Of a stretch of 64,000 bases of DNA, positions 30,374-43,761 are shown in pieces. The notes under the pieces are model-generated. The model did no database searches, was not told where the DNA came from, and saw only the letters and a program-made list of their open reading frames with translations. Both the position numbers and the translations under genes were made by a program. How positions within the stretch are numbered: position 1 is the first letter of the stretch; every line of letters starts with the position of its first letter. Source of the DNA: Eledone cirrhosa (lineage: Eukaryota); NCBI GenBank assembly GCA_964016885.1, contig OZ024749.1, positions 30,318,001 to 30,382,000 on the forward strand, in the 5' to 3' direction.

Positions 30374-30677
30374 AAGAATGAGAAATAAGATAGATTGAGG
30401 GGACGGGCGGATTGGAATTGGAAAAAAAAGTATTTTTGGCATCTCATATATATATGTTAGGAAAATAAGGAAAAAAGTAGAAAATGCTAATAGGATATTC
30501 ACATAGAATAACAGCAAAATATTTTTTTTAAAGTAATTTATAGTACCGGTTTTAGCCTTTAAATATTTCGGCTTCTTCATGCTACAGGAAATGATAAAAA
30601 GTATATAATAAAATTAAGCTGTATATTAAATAGATGATGATTCTGGAGAACACAGTTTACATCTATATAAAAATTCA

Positions 30678-30749
<72 letters not shown>

Positions 30750-30843
30750 TCTCTTCCTTGGTCATTTGGTGGTAGTAGCAGCTAATATTGATGTTGGCCT
30801 TTTCCCAGTTACTGTCTGACTGGTCTGGTTGTTGCCTTTAATT

Positions 30844-30885
<42 letters not shown>

Positions 30886-31184
30886 GATGTAGAAGAAGAA
30901 GAAGAAGAAGAAGAAGAAGAAGAATGTGTGGTAGTAATAATAGGGGTATAGAAAAGGAGGAAGGAAAATAAATACGAAGGGGGAGAAGCAGAAGCAGAAG
31001 GAGGCGACGGGGATGTGTGGTAGTAATATTATTATTATTAGTAGTAATAGAAGCTGTCCCCGGGACTGACTTTAACGGTAGAGTGATCTAAAATTGATCT
31101 GAAGTAGTAATTCTTTCTAAATGTATTTATCTTTCTTAGTGTTTCTGTAGGAAATACTATCGTTCTTAATTCATCCATTGGAGT

Positions 31185-31345
31185 TAGTGTTGGGTGCTTG
31201 TTGAAGTTTCGTCTGTAGTCGATGCATTTAAACTGGGTTCGTATTTTGTGATAAAGTGTGATTCTTTTCTAATGCGTTGATTGTGGGTGGGGAGCGTTGT
31301 CTTTAAATTTATAGAGGGGGAAACATTCTGAAGTTTAATTTGGCA
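31185..31345 (-). pseudogene. Degenerate C-terminal GIY-YIG remnant of a third PLE
   Basis: Minus strand gives NFRMFP.. then ..LEKESHFITKYEPSLN across frameshifts, resembling the (R)xxKExxFIxxxxPxLN end of PLE endonucleases. Confidence 0.55.
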
Positions 31346-31599
31346 TCTATGAACGGTCATATGTGACTGACGGTAACTAAGATGCTTCTATAGGCGGTAT
31401 GCCGGTTGAGCACTCTATGCTCTTGATCTTACAGAGCTGAGTATGATAGAATAGAAAACGAAAAATCAGTGATGCATCTGAAATCAATTTATTGTGTGTT
31501 ACAATTGTTTCCCCGGCGGACAGCTCGAAACGCGATTATTGTGTGGATCTGTCTGATTCTGGACCCGCAGGTTCGACGGACACGTTTAATGATTTCGGA

Positions 31600-31654
<55 letters not shown>

Positions 31655-31809
31655 CTAATATATCATATATATAATATACATATATCATATATGATAGATA
31701 TAATATATATATATATACAATATATTATATATATATATAATATATATATATATATAATATAAATGTGTATATAATATATATATATACATATATATATAAT
31801 ATATACATG

Positions 31810-31865
<56 letters not shown>

Positions 31866-33145
31866 CATGTATATATTATATATATATGTATATATATATA
31901 TTATATACACATTGCGCTTATGTTAGTAGATATATTAAATTATCTATATATATATATATATATACATATACTTACACACACACATACACATACACACACA
32001 CACACATACATACAACACACATATTTATATATATATATTACCGTGTTGAATTACGATGGATACTTCTGGTGCATTTCTGGGTCAAAAGTAACTGAAATAG
32101 ATACGTCGAACACCAATTTTAAACGTGTGTATATTTTGTATATTTTATATATATTCAACGATGCGATTCTCAAATCTACAGATTATTCTATGTTAGACAT
32201 TTTAAAAAATTGTTGATGACCCCAATGAATAAATTATCATTATGGCTTTCACAAACTATGGAATAAGAATAACAGAAGCATGTAAATATAAATATAAATG
32301 TGAATATATTGTAACAAATCTCTCATTTTTTATATTTTATCATTTCAGATTGTTTAAGGCGTTGTGGTAAATAAAGAAATCTATTTATTATATTATCTAT
32401 ATTATCTATATTACCACCAATACTAATGCATGCTTGATAGATATCTTCACTTTCTATCTGGTGACCCAAATGAGATCTATTATTATAATAATATTTCAAA
32501 AAACTATGCAAGAATCAGAGCCAGAAACACAGAAAGGAGGATATAAATATATATATATGTGAATACTTGAAAACGTGGCCACGCAAGTTTCATTGTTAAG
32601 TCTAGCGTTCCAAATTCTTTAAGGTATTATGGATATTTCAGTGATTTCCCTAACCATTCCTTCCCGTGTGGAAGTCATTTGGATGGAAAAATGCATCATG
32701 AATGGTATTCATAACTGTATAACTGTATGGCACACACAATGACTATGTTATTCTAGAAGGATGAATTATGCTAACCATGTCAACCAACTCGTTTCTATTA
32801 TATCAACGGATTTTCAGTTTATTTACTTTTACTCTTTAATCAGTAATTGACACAATCATTTCCCGTAGACTGGCAATAGTAATGTAGAATACATTCATTC
32901 GTATCAACTATTATACACACACACGCACACACGCGAACACTCAATCGGACACTGAACAAAAGACGTGATGTTCACGGCTAGAACGCCTTTCAACGTAAAC
33001 CAAATGAATTTTATCTGACATAAATTGTCGCAGTTTTCGGCGACACCATCCTCATTGATATAGTTGTTTTTGTTGCAGTTGGTGGTGGAGTTCGTGTTGT
33101 TGTTGTTGTTGATGGTGATGTTGTTGTTATTATTGTTGTTGTTGA

Positions 33146-33338
33146 GGGCGGTGGATTGGCAGTATCGGTAGAGGGTCGGACGCCATGCTTTGCAGCATAG
33201 AGTTACGGCCCTTTACGTTCTGAGTTCAAATCCCGGCGAGGTTAACTTTGCCTTTCATCATTACGGGGTCGATAAAATAAAGTACCAGTAATGTACTGGA
33301 TAATTGCTGGCCTTGTGCCAAAAATAGAAACAATTATT
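33146..33338 (+). mobile_element. SINE family A copy inserted in a GTT/GGT low-complexity tract
   Basis: Full consensus, flanked on both sides by attattgttgttgttg. Confidence 0.88.
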
Positions 33339-34319
33339 GTTGTTGTTGTTGTTGGTGGTGCTTTTGTTGTTGATGGTGTTGTTATTGTCGTTGTCATTGT
33401 TGTTGGTGGTTGCGGTGGTGTTATTGCTGTTGGTGGTGGTAGTGGTGTTGATGCAGTTGTTGGTGGTGTTCGTGTTGTTGTTGTTGTTGATGGTGCATTT
33501 GTTGTTGTTGATGGTGTTGTTATTGTTGTTGTCGTTGTTGTCGTTGTTGGTGGTGGTGGTGTTATTGCTGTTGGTAGTGGTAGTGGTGTTACTGTTGTTG
33601 GTGGTGGTGTTCGTATTGTTAGTGTTCTTGTTGTTGTGAAAAATAAAATAGGAAAAGTCTAGGATTCAATCGTCAGATCGGACCGAGGAACACATGCTTC
33701 CATTGATTTTTTTCGATTGCTGATACTATTTTCTGGTGTTAAACCCTCGCAAAAGGAAATGGGACTTGAACTTAGAACTCACAAAACCGGATCAGATACC
33801 TGTGATATTTAGCCCTTGAATAGTTCGTCTAATTCATTTGACGTCCGCTGTGTTGAAGTGGTTATTCTGTAGTTAGTTCGTAGAAAAATAGTAGTTACTC
33901 TGGAGACAAAAAGAACATATCTTCTATAAACTATTTATTATGTTATCAGGTGAGTTAAGTTAATGTCTGAGATTTTTGTCAATAGTTTGACATGTATGTA
34001 TCTCCTCAAGAAGATCCCTTGGTGAGTTAAGGAGCACAATTCCCGTTTGACATCTCGCTGTTTTCACTTCAATACGACAAACTATCCTGCCCGCGGGTCC
34101 GCAGCCCCTAAACTAGTTTTTGATATTTCTCGACTCAAGAAAGGTTGCAAATGAAAGTTAGTCTCATCGGGATTTTAAATAAGAGTGCAGAGTTCAGATG
34201 GCCGGAGGAAATACGGAGGTATTTATTTCGTTAATCTACTTACTCTGCTGATTCGTCTAAAATCAAAAGAAACAACCTCAGACAAGGTGCTGCGCAGGCT
34301 TTATCACTATACACTATAT

Positions 34320-34655
34320 TTGGAGTACGGTAGCAGTTGAATCCCTAATATGGGTCAAGACGTGCAGTGGCTCGCTCTCCACCTCCAGCCTTGTCGCCTC
34401 GGCCACAAACGCAGGCTCCGTTACCGGCAATGCGGAGAAGAGGAAGCTAGTAATATACCGAAGCCTGATTGACCGCTTCCTTTTTGCACCAGTTTCCGCC
34501 GAAAACCTTGGCGACCTTGGGTTCCCACACTCTTGATTTCTTCCGCAAAGTTTGAAAGACGGCGGCTCGCTTGATGCGGGAGCCCTCTGCGGTGAAGTGG
34601 AAGTTGCAGTGTGGTGTCTCTCTTGCTGCATTGTCTGCAGGGTGTAGTGATTGCC
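34320..34655 (+). pseudogene. Restriction-enzyme-like endonuclease remnant of a CRE/R2-type non-LTR retrotransposon
   Basis: Plus frame reads SLIWVKTCSGSLSTSSLVASATNAGSVTGNAEKRKLVIYRSLIDRFLFAPVSAENLG, then frameshifted GSHTLDFFRKV*..REP..W..Q..SLA. This matches the LxWDxTC...AExxKxxKY...FxPxAxETLG...QRxSxA pattern. Confidence 0.7.
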
Positions 34656-34991
34656 CACCCCCTCACTCTTTCTTCCGTCATTTGATGCTTCTTTCTTTTT
34701 CTCATTTTCATTTTTCATTTTTTTCTTTTCTTCTCCCAGTACAATCGGGCTATAAATCTTGAAGCAATATTTTTTTTATTTTTTTTTAATATTCTACTTT
34801 TTAATAAAACAATATCAATCTATAACACAAAAGTCATTCGAATTCCAGATCATAAAATTATCAGTTATGTAAGTAGAATAAAACTGCTCATAAAATATTT
34901 AATATGAACAGAACTTTAACGCGTCTAAAGCTTTTTTTTTTTGTTAACCTTTAACATTAGTGAAGCTTCTTTATTATTATTGCCATATAAA

Positions 34992-35310
34992 GGGCGGTGC
35001 ATTGGCAGTGATTGGTAGAGTATCGGACGCCATGCTTTGCAGCAGAGAGTTACGGCTCTTTATGGTGTGATTTCAAATCCCGCCGAGGTTAACTTTGCCT
35101 TTCATCCTTACGGGGTCGATAAAATAAAGTTCCAGTAATGCACTGGGTAATTGCTGGCCTTGTGCCAAAAGTAGAAACAATTATTACCATGTAAGAGCGT
35201 TTGATTGGCAGTATAGGTGGAGCGTCGGATAACATGATTTGTGGCATAGAGTTATAACTATATCTTCCGAGTTCAAATACAACCGAGGGTAGCTTTTCGT
35301 TTCAGCCTTA
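34992..35310 (+). mobile_element. Two adjacent SINE family A copies, the second interrupted by the RTE fragment
   Basis: Full copy at 34992-35187. Partial copy at ~35200-35310 whose 3' half resumes at ~35950-36060. Confidence 0.75.
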
Positions 35311-35312
35311 CA

Positions 35313-35945
35313 AGACTCAGACTCAGACTCAGAAGCTCCCGCGTCTTGCGACGCACGAGGCAATCATAGTGTTCCACCGCGTTCGGTCAGCAGCCAGTTG
35401 CACAGCGTCCCGCCATTGTCTGTTTGTCGCTCGCAGGTCCCTCTCAACTGTCTGGCGCCAGTTCATTTTGGGTCGCCCTCTCCGTCTGCTTCCCTGTGGG
35501 TTCCATTTAAGTACTTGGTTCGCCAGTCTCTCCGGGGGAAGTCTCAAAGCGTGCCCAAACCAGCCCAGGCGTCGCTTGCAGATGGCAGAAGAGACTAGCT
35601 GCTGGTTGGTGCGGTTACTGACTTCCTGGTTTGTTATATGGTCACTCCATTTAATCCCCAGGATCTTTCGCATACACCTGGAATCGAATGCGTCCAACTT
35701 CTTCTCTTGGCTGGTCTTAAGGTGCCATGTTTCACTTCCGTACAAGAGTATGGAGAGCACGTTGCTGTTGTAGAATCTCATCTTTGTTTTGAGGGTGAAC
35801 TTCCTGCTCTTCCAGATCTTGACAAGCTGGTTAAATGCTGCTGAAGCATTTCCCATTCTACATTGCAATTCACTGTCCATGGCGCCCCCCATTGTCAATG
35901 GAGCTTCTTAGGTAGGTGAAGTTGTCCACTATCTCCACCTCCCCC
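35313..35945 (-). mobile_element. RTE-clade LINE 3' fragment (RT C-terminus)
   Basis: EIVDNFTYL.., then ORF 35329-35898 with LLYGSETW, RRLGWFGHALR, GSRRRGRPKMNW. Ends in a (CTGAGT)n tail typical of RTE. Confidence 0.9.
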
Positions 35946-36403
35946 TGTTCTACGGGGTAGATACAATAAAGCACCAGTAATGCATTGGGATCGTTTTAAT
36001 CGAATTTCCCACCCTCCCCACAAAATTATTGGCCTTGTGCCTAAATGAAGAACCATTATTACTGTCACATAAAGCCGGAAAATGTGAGAGAATTGTTATT
36101 CTGTTATATAGTATAATTATAACTTCTGGCGAGCAACATAGAATAACTAGATGCTGAAGCATTTAATCATGATCTGAAACCATTATAATTTCTTACGTCA
36201 GCAATCTGCCACGTTTGTTTCCGCTAGAAACATACTTTATATATATCACCAACAAAAAATACGTAAAGACAGAATATATATTTACTTTTCAGAGAATTTT
36301 AAGCTAAATTCGAGAAAGGATTTTGCTGAGTGGAAAATATACAAAATATATATATATATATATGTGTATGTATATATATATGTATATGTATATTTATATA
36401 TAT

Positions 36404-36437
<34 letters not shown>

Positions 36438-36438
36438 G

Positions 36439-36485
<47 letters not shown>

Positions 36486-36536
36486 CATATGTAACCTATG
36501 TGCAACCACGCAGTATTCTTCTTTCTTCTCATGTTT

Positions 36537-36624
<88 letters not shown>

Positions 36625-36993
36625 AATATTAATATATATATATAGAGAGAGAGATATATAAGTATATAAATATGTGTGTGCGTGTGTGTGTCTATGTGTA
36701 TGTGTTTGTGTACGTGAGTGTGTACATATATAAGTGGTTAGGTAGGTTATGTCGTTAATCATTTAGGCTAAATGTTTCCAATATATCACATTAGTCCCTA
36801 CACACTACGATGCAATGATACCCTGACATGTTAGAAAAGAAGATACATTTATTAAGATGGTTATATGACGTTATTCGAAATCCCACAAGAAATATGAAGC
36901 ATTATGACACATGAAAGATGTACAAATGTATTGTTTACATCGACAATGCAGGATTTACTTCCCTTCCACAGATGCTTACAACTTGCATGGAGG

Positions 36994-37082
<89 letters not shown>

Positions 37083-37179
37083 ATTACTCTAAGGACGTAC
37101 CTTATCGAGTGCTTTGCTAACTCATCATTTCATATAAGTAGGCCGAATTTGGTTGCAAACCGCCAGAGACTAAATTTCC

Positions 37180-37257
<78 letters not shown>

Positions 37258-37829
37258 AGGAGGTTATAGTTCACTTGAAGCATTGTGTAATGAGCTATAA
37301 ACGTTTGAATATGTATAATAAAGCCAAAACAATGCAGGTATGGACATAGAAAAAAGAATGCAATTGCAAAAGATATTGTTGATTCGTCTTTTACCTTAGA
37401 TTTATTTAAATTTCGAGATAATATCTCTTCTTCAGAGTGAAATAAAGGTCTCAAACCAGCGTTCTAAATATCTTGCCAAGCCATGCTGACAGGAAATAGT
37501 ATAGAGTATCTGTTCTATCTCTAATGTTAAAAAGAGTTAAAATTAGGTGGATAAAGAGTAGTCTCCCTTTAAAAGGGGTTTGTTTAGGGGTTTTTTTAAA
37601 TTATATATACATGCCTGTTTAAGTGTGTGGGAGAATGCATGAAGGTGTAAGTATGTGAGTGTGTGTGTGTGAGTGTGAGAAGATAAGTCTATTCGTAAAT
37701 GTGGGGGATAGGTGTTATCTGGTGTTAGAACTGGTTTTGTGTGTGTATGTGTGAGAGAGAATAAGTGGAGGTGTAAGCGTGTGTGTGTGTGTGGGGGGGG
37801 GGGGGGTAAATATGGGGCTAGAAGCCCTA

Positions 37830-38499
37830 TCAGGTTATAAATTGGGTGTTGAGTTCTAGTCTATTATTGATTGGTGGTTGTGTTTTATCTATAATTAGTG
37901 CTTCCTTAATTCTAATATTGCCGAGGTTTCTTTCCTTAGTTTCTATCCTAACTGTTATGGTTTTGTCGGTGTTTTTGCATTTAACTAGGTGTTTCTTAAA
38001 TGAGGAAGCGTTAGTATTGAGGTGTACTTTTATGGAGTGGTCTGGTGGTGCTACCTACGTAGAAGTTGTTGCATTTGTCACACTCTAGTCTGTATACGAC
38101 GTAAGCCTGGTGGCATGGGTCTGTGTCGTTGATGGGGCAGTTGGCTAGTCTGCAGCAGTTGTTATGTCTGGTGGAGTGTCTTTTGGTTAGCTGTCCGCGT
38201 AGAGAAGGACCTGAGTGGGCCAGTTGGATATCTAGTCCCTCTCGTCTGATGGCTCTGTGGATGGCTGTTGTTGTTTCTTCACTGAAGTGTGGGAGCTTCA
38301 GGAAGCAAGTGTTAGTGCCTCGGGTGTGGTGTCCTCTGTTCTTTCTGGCACGGTTTGTGGTGGATGTCGTGTATCCGTTCAGTTTGAGTACTTCCAGGAA
38401 ATGTGTGGTGTGTGTGTCTCGGTCTCTAACGTCGGTGCATTTGTTCCGGATACGTGCCAGTTTGTTCCTTATGTATCCGAACTTGGCACCGAGCGGCAC
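37830..38499 (-). pseudogene. PLE C-terminal region/GIY-YIG endonuclease, frameshift near 38030
   Basis: FLKLPHFSE...CRLANCPI...VVYRLECDKCNNFYVGSTTRPLH, then in a shifted frame IKVHLN..SSFKKHL..IRIKEALIIDKTQPPINNRLEL*. Confidence 0.85.
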
Positions 38500-38599
38500 C
38501 TATCTCTTTGACATTAGAGATAAAACAGATACTCTATACTATTTCCTGTCAGCATGGGTTGGCAAGATATTTAGAACGCTGGTTTGAGACCTTTATTTC

Positions 38600-38634
38600 C
38601 CTCTGAAGAAGAGATATTATCTCGAAAATTAAGG
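38600..38634 (+). ncRNA. Minimal hammerhead in the pLTR of the truncated PLE
   Basis: cct-CTGAAGA-a-gagata t tatctc-GAAA-AT-TA-agg. Damaged copy at ~37405-37437 (-). Confidence 0.65.
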
Positions 38635-38745
38635 ACAGTTAAATAAATCAAAGGTAAAAGACGAATCAACAATATCTTTTGCAATTGCATTCTTTTTTCT
38701 ATGTCCATACCTGCATTGTTTTGGCTTTATTATACATATTCAAAC

Positions 38746-38849
<104 letters not shown>

Positions 38850-38892
38850 TAGACCACCCGTGACCCGTTGGGTCACGTTCAGCTGAGATTAT

Positions 38893-39085
38893 TTTTGGCA
38901 GTATCGGTAAGGGCTTGGACGCCATGCTTTCTAGCACAGTTACGTCCCTTTACAGTCTGAGTTCAAATCCCGCCGAGATTAACTTTGCCTTTCATCCTTA
39001 CGGGGTCGATAAAATAAAGTACCAGTAATGTACTGTGTATTTGCCTAAATACTGGCCTTGTGCCTAAAGGAGAAACAATTATTTA
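38893..39085 (+). mobile_element. SINE family A copy
   Basis: Consensus boxes and tail. Confidence 0.85.
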
Positions 39086-39406
39086 TGTAACATCATATAT
39101 AAAAAAAATGATATTTAAATAATTAAAATATACACAGACATGTGTCTCTTTCAATCTAATCTCTTACAACTATTTCTTTCTCTCTGACTTTCTCTCTGTC
39201 TATTGACGAAGGTACACGAACAAAACCCCGTATATCGGGGACCGTGTTCCGAATTACGCCAAATTTGTTATATATATGTGTATATATAATAAGTATAATA
39301 GCAGTTGCAGCTACACAATAATATATATATTATGTATATTATATATATGTTATATATATATATGTATATATATTAGATATATTTATCATATGTAATTGTA
39401 TTATAT

Positions 39407-39587
39407 CGGTGAATTGGCAGTATCGGTAGAGGGTTGGACACCATGCTTTCCAGCATAGTTACGTCCCTTTACAGTCTGAGTTCAAATCCCGCCGAGGTTA
39501 ACTTTGCCTTTCATCCTTACGGGGTCGATAAAATAAAGTACCAGTAATGTACTGGGTAATTGCTGGCCTTGTGCCAAATGTAGAAAC

Positions 39588-39592
<5 letters not shown>
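39407..39592 (+). mobile_element. SINE family A copy
   Basis: Consensus boxes and tail. Confidence 0.85.
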
Positions 39593-39630
<38 letters not shown>

Positions 39631-39835
39631 TAATTTAATATATCAACTAACATAAGCGCACAGATGCACGCCTATGCCAGCAAATACACAGGTTATGTCA
39701 TAGTACCTAGGTGGTTCAATGCAGGAGAATGCAGAACAATAATATAAAGGACGTAAAATAAGAAAATATTTTTTTTTTTTTTTTTAAAATTAAAAAAAAA
39801 AAAAAAAAAAAAATTTTTTCTTACTTAAATTTTCA

Positions 39836-39915
39836 CTCCAACTAATTAGTTTCTGCAATGGGATAAAGACAGTTATGTAATCCAACTGTCGAGAATTCAT
39901 TGCGTCATCAGGAAG
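39836..39915 (-). ncRNA. Hammerhead in direct-repeat copy 1
   Basis: cttc-CTGATGA-c-gcaatg..[gacagtt/aactgtc]..cattgc-a-GAAA-CTAATTAG-TT-ggag. Confidence 0.72.
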
Positions 39916-40344
39916 TCTATTCTCAGTTAAGTCTCCAGGCAATGCGCGGACACTGGCGGCTCATATAAAAATAATAATAATTCGGTAAATCGAACAGCTT
40001 GCGAGGACTGGATTCTATGTACCGAAATTCTCACTGCTTCAAGTCAAATGGCCGATTCTAAAGAATCAATCACGTGACACAGAGGCTAGTTAGAAGGAAT
40101 GGGATGGTAAGATGACTGACGCCTACTAACACCCCCAAAAAAATTTTTTTAGAAGTGGTTTTGACAAGTTTGCTCGACAAATCAGTGATTTGGAGATAAA
40201 TATAGATAATTTAATATATCAACTAACATAAGCGCACAGATGCACGCCCATGCCAGCAAATACACAGGTTATGTCATAGTACCTAGGTGGTTCAATGCAG
40301 GAGAATGCAGAACAATAATATAAAGGACGTAAAATAAGAAAATA

Positions 40345-40377
<33 letters not shown>

Positions 40378-40421
40378 AAAAAAAAAAAAAAAAAAAATTT
40401 TTTTTCTTACTTAAATTTTCA

Positions 40422-40501
40422 CTCCAACTAATTAGTTTCTGCAATGGGATAAAGACAGTTATGTAATCCAACTGTCGAGAATTCATTGCGTCATCAGGAA
40501 G
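40422..40501 (-). ncRNA. Hammerhead in direct-repeat copy 2
   Basis: Same sequence as 39836-39915, 586 nt away. Confidence 0.72.
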
Positions 40502-40532
40502 TCTATTCTCAGTTAAGTCTCCAGTTAAGTCT

Positions 40533-40570
<38 letters not shown>

Positions 40571-40777
40571 ACATATGCACATATATATATATGTACATGT
40601 ATATATGCATGTATATGTATCTATATATGCATATATATGTATGTTTATATATATATGCATATATATATATATATATGTTTATATATATATGCATATATAT
40701 ATAAACATATATATATAAAATATATATATATATAAATATACATATATATATATGCATATATAGATACATATATATGC

Positions 40778-40849
<72 letters not shown>

Positions 40850-40889
40850 CTGTATGTGTGGGTGGGTGTGTGTTTATATCTAATGTGTG

Positions 40890-41140
40890 TCGTAGCCAGA
40901 AGGCTCATGTGACCGGTGCTTTTTCCGGTTTCATGGCATGAAACGACTGAGAGTATAAGACCCCACCCCCCTGGACAGGACACCAGTCCATCGCAGGTTT
41001 AAACCACCGAATTCTTGTTGGTACTAATTTTCAGTTGAATATACTGGAGCAGCGTGAAATGAAGTGTTATGCTCAAGATCACAACACGCAACCCAGGAAT
41101 CGAACCCACAACAACTTACCACTATGCCACGTGCCTCTAC
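40890..41140 (-). mobile_element. SINE-like repeat (family B related)
   Basis: Reverse complement contains gggttcgattcc...gatcttgagcataacacttcatttcacgctgctccag. Confidence 0.6.
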
Positions 41141-41740
41141 AATGTTTATATCTCTCTCTCTATATATATATCTATATATATCTCTCTCTCTATATATATA
41201 TATATATGCATATATATATATATATATATATTTATACACACCCATATATATATTTATTTAATAATGTCTAATATAAAATAATACAACCAACTCTCCACGA
41301 AATACTGATTAGTTTGCACCCCAAACACTAAATTGGGATAATACTTAGGTATATCCTAATGTTTGTTGAGTGAGATGGAGTTGGTCGGAGTATCACTTAA
41401 GGCTTTCTCTGTTTATGTATTGAATATATATATATATATATATGTATGTGTGTAAATATATATTTATACAGAGACAAATATGTACGCACACACAAACACC
41501 TGTACATACACACACATATATGTGTGTGTGTGCGTACATATATATACATATATATATATGTCTCTCTGTCTCTCTCTCGCTATATATATATACACAAAGA
41601 TTAATATGGTTCGTTGATTACTCAAAGAATATAATATTACAATAGATTAGAAGCACTCAACAGTTATTTTCCTGGAGTTTTTAATATTATTCAAAATGTT
41701 AATAAATTAAAAATAATCTCATAGGTAATCAAAATATATA

Positions 41741-41799
41741 TTTTATTATACATATTTCAAAGGTAAAATGGCGTTTAAGTACGTTTTCATCAGACAAAA
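41741..41799 (-). ncRNA. Hammerhead (TATATA stem III family)
   Basis: ttttgt-CTGATGA-aaacgta...taccttt-GAAA-TATGTA-TA-ataaaa. Paralogs at 49081 (-) and 29396-29455 (+, A9 mutated). Confidence 0.55.
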
Positions 41800-41857
41800 T
41801 ATATGATTTGATATGTGACAACCGTTACGGTTTTGATTGTTCAATTCAAGTATTGGC

Positions 41858-41942
<85 letters not shown>

Positions 41943-41974
41943 GTTATTCCGTGTTGAATCGGAGGTACCACAGC

Positions 41975-42143
<169 letters not shown>

Positions 42144-42687
42144 TAAAAAGGAAAAGAAAATGCTGACAAACCTTTCCCAGTGAAAAATAGTTTAATCAGG
42201 AATAAGTATAAATTAGTAATAAGTATTAGTTAGTATTCAGTTTTAGTTTTAAGTTTTTACCGGTTGCGCATTTCTTATGCTTTTCAAAAATAATTTTGAG
42301 ATAGAGTCCTCGTGATATTTGCTCTAATCAGATTAGTAAGAATGAGAATGAGAACTTATATTGAGAGAGGGGGAGAGAGTGGGAGAGATATAGCGTTGAT
42401 ATAAAAGAACACAACAACTGTAAAATGTTTTTTATGAAAAACCTGTAAACTCTTTATTTTTTCCTTGTAATTTCTCGCAAGTACAATCTACTAAAAGTTA
42501 TCTGGTATCATATATATGGCTTTTTATGCACCTGCCTCGAGTAGGTGAGATGTTTTACATTTACATATTGACAAATATACAGTTTTTTTACTATATTTAC
42601 ACATGTACAAATATACTGATAGATGATATATATATATAGATATATAAAGATACATAGACATTCGTGCACAAACACACAGACACACAC

Positions 42688-42985
42688 GAGTGCGCAACGA
42701 GGAGATCCTGCGGAGAGCCGAGTCGTTGACGCTTCAGGGTGTGTTCACGGAGCGTCGGTGCCGTCTGGTTGGCCATATTCTGCGTCTGCCAAATGAACGG
42801 CATTCGAAAACAGGGATGAACTGGACTCCGCCTGGCGGTAAACGGAAGCAGGGTTGCCCAAGGATCCCATGACGACAAACGCTCCGGAAGGACCTGATGG
42901 CAACCAACATCACCTGACACGGTCTCGAAAAAGTTGACGCTTATCGTGACCGTGACGAACGGCGCGGAAGAATCTAAGACTAAGA
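42688..42985 (+). mobile_element. Degenerate RTE LINE 3' fragment
   Basis: RNEEILRRA..RRCRLVGHILRLPNERHSKTGMNWTPPGGKRKQGCP; ends with a short CTAAGA repeat. Confidence 0.8.
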
Positions 42986-42999
42986 TATATATGTATGTA

Positions 43000-43041
<42 letters not shown>

Positions 43042-43152
43042 AATATATATATTCATTTCATTAAGAAGAAATAGTGAGTTTATTTAGTCTTAATAAAATC
43101 AATATTCAAACTCTACTTCGGTAATAATTACTCCCTGTAGTCAACCAGGTAA

Positions 43153-43211
<59 letters not shown>

Positions 43212-43339
43212 ACACACAAAAAAAAAATGGTGCAGTACAGAACAAAGGAGTGACACGTAATAAAAACCTAGTCAGGAAAGCGGCTTTTCTGATGATTTCC
43301 GTCGAATGCAACGGTTCTATAATACATATATAATAAATG

Positions 43340-43388
<49 letters not shown>

Positions 43389-43405
43389 TTATATATATAT
43401 ATGTA

Positions 43406-43582
<177 letters not shown>

Positions 43583-43599
43583 CTATATATATATATATA

Positions 43600-43660
<61 letters not shown>

Positions 43661-43714
43661 GTATATATATATGTATGAAATATAAGAATCAAAGAACTGT
43701 TCAAAACATTATTG

Positions 43715-43761
43715 TGCTTACAGCTGTTTCCTCCAAACCGAGGTTTGGATTCTTCGGAGCA
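43715..43761 (-). ncRNA. Hammerhead variant (CCGAAGA core), left arm of 1-kb inverted repeat
   Basis: tgct-CCGAAGA-a-tccaaacc tc ggtttgga-g-GAAA-CAGCTG-TA-agca. Confidence 0.75.

Larger units (their letters stand above)
39625..40523 (-). mobile_element. Retrozyme-like partial tandem (repeat-unique-repeat)
   Basis: ~310-bp direct repeats (39625-39938, 40201-40523), each with a hammerhead, enclosing ~260 bp; flanked by (TA)n. Confidence 0.7.

Noticed and set aside
33291-33662. Val/Gly-rich membrane-like ORFs (and His-rich ORF at 56427)
   Set aside because: Degenerate trinucleotide low-complexity tracts, one with a SINE inserted.
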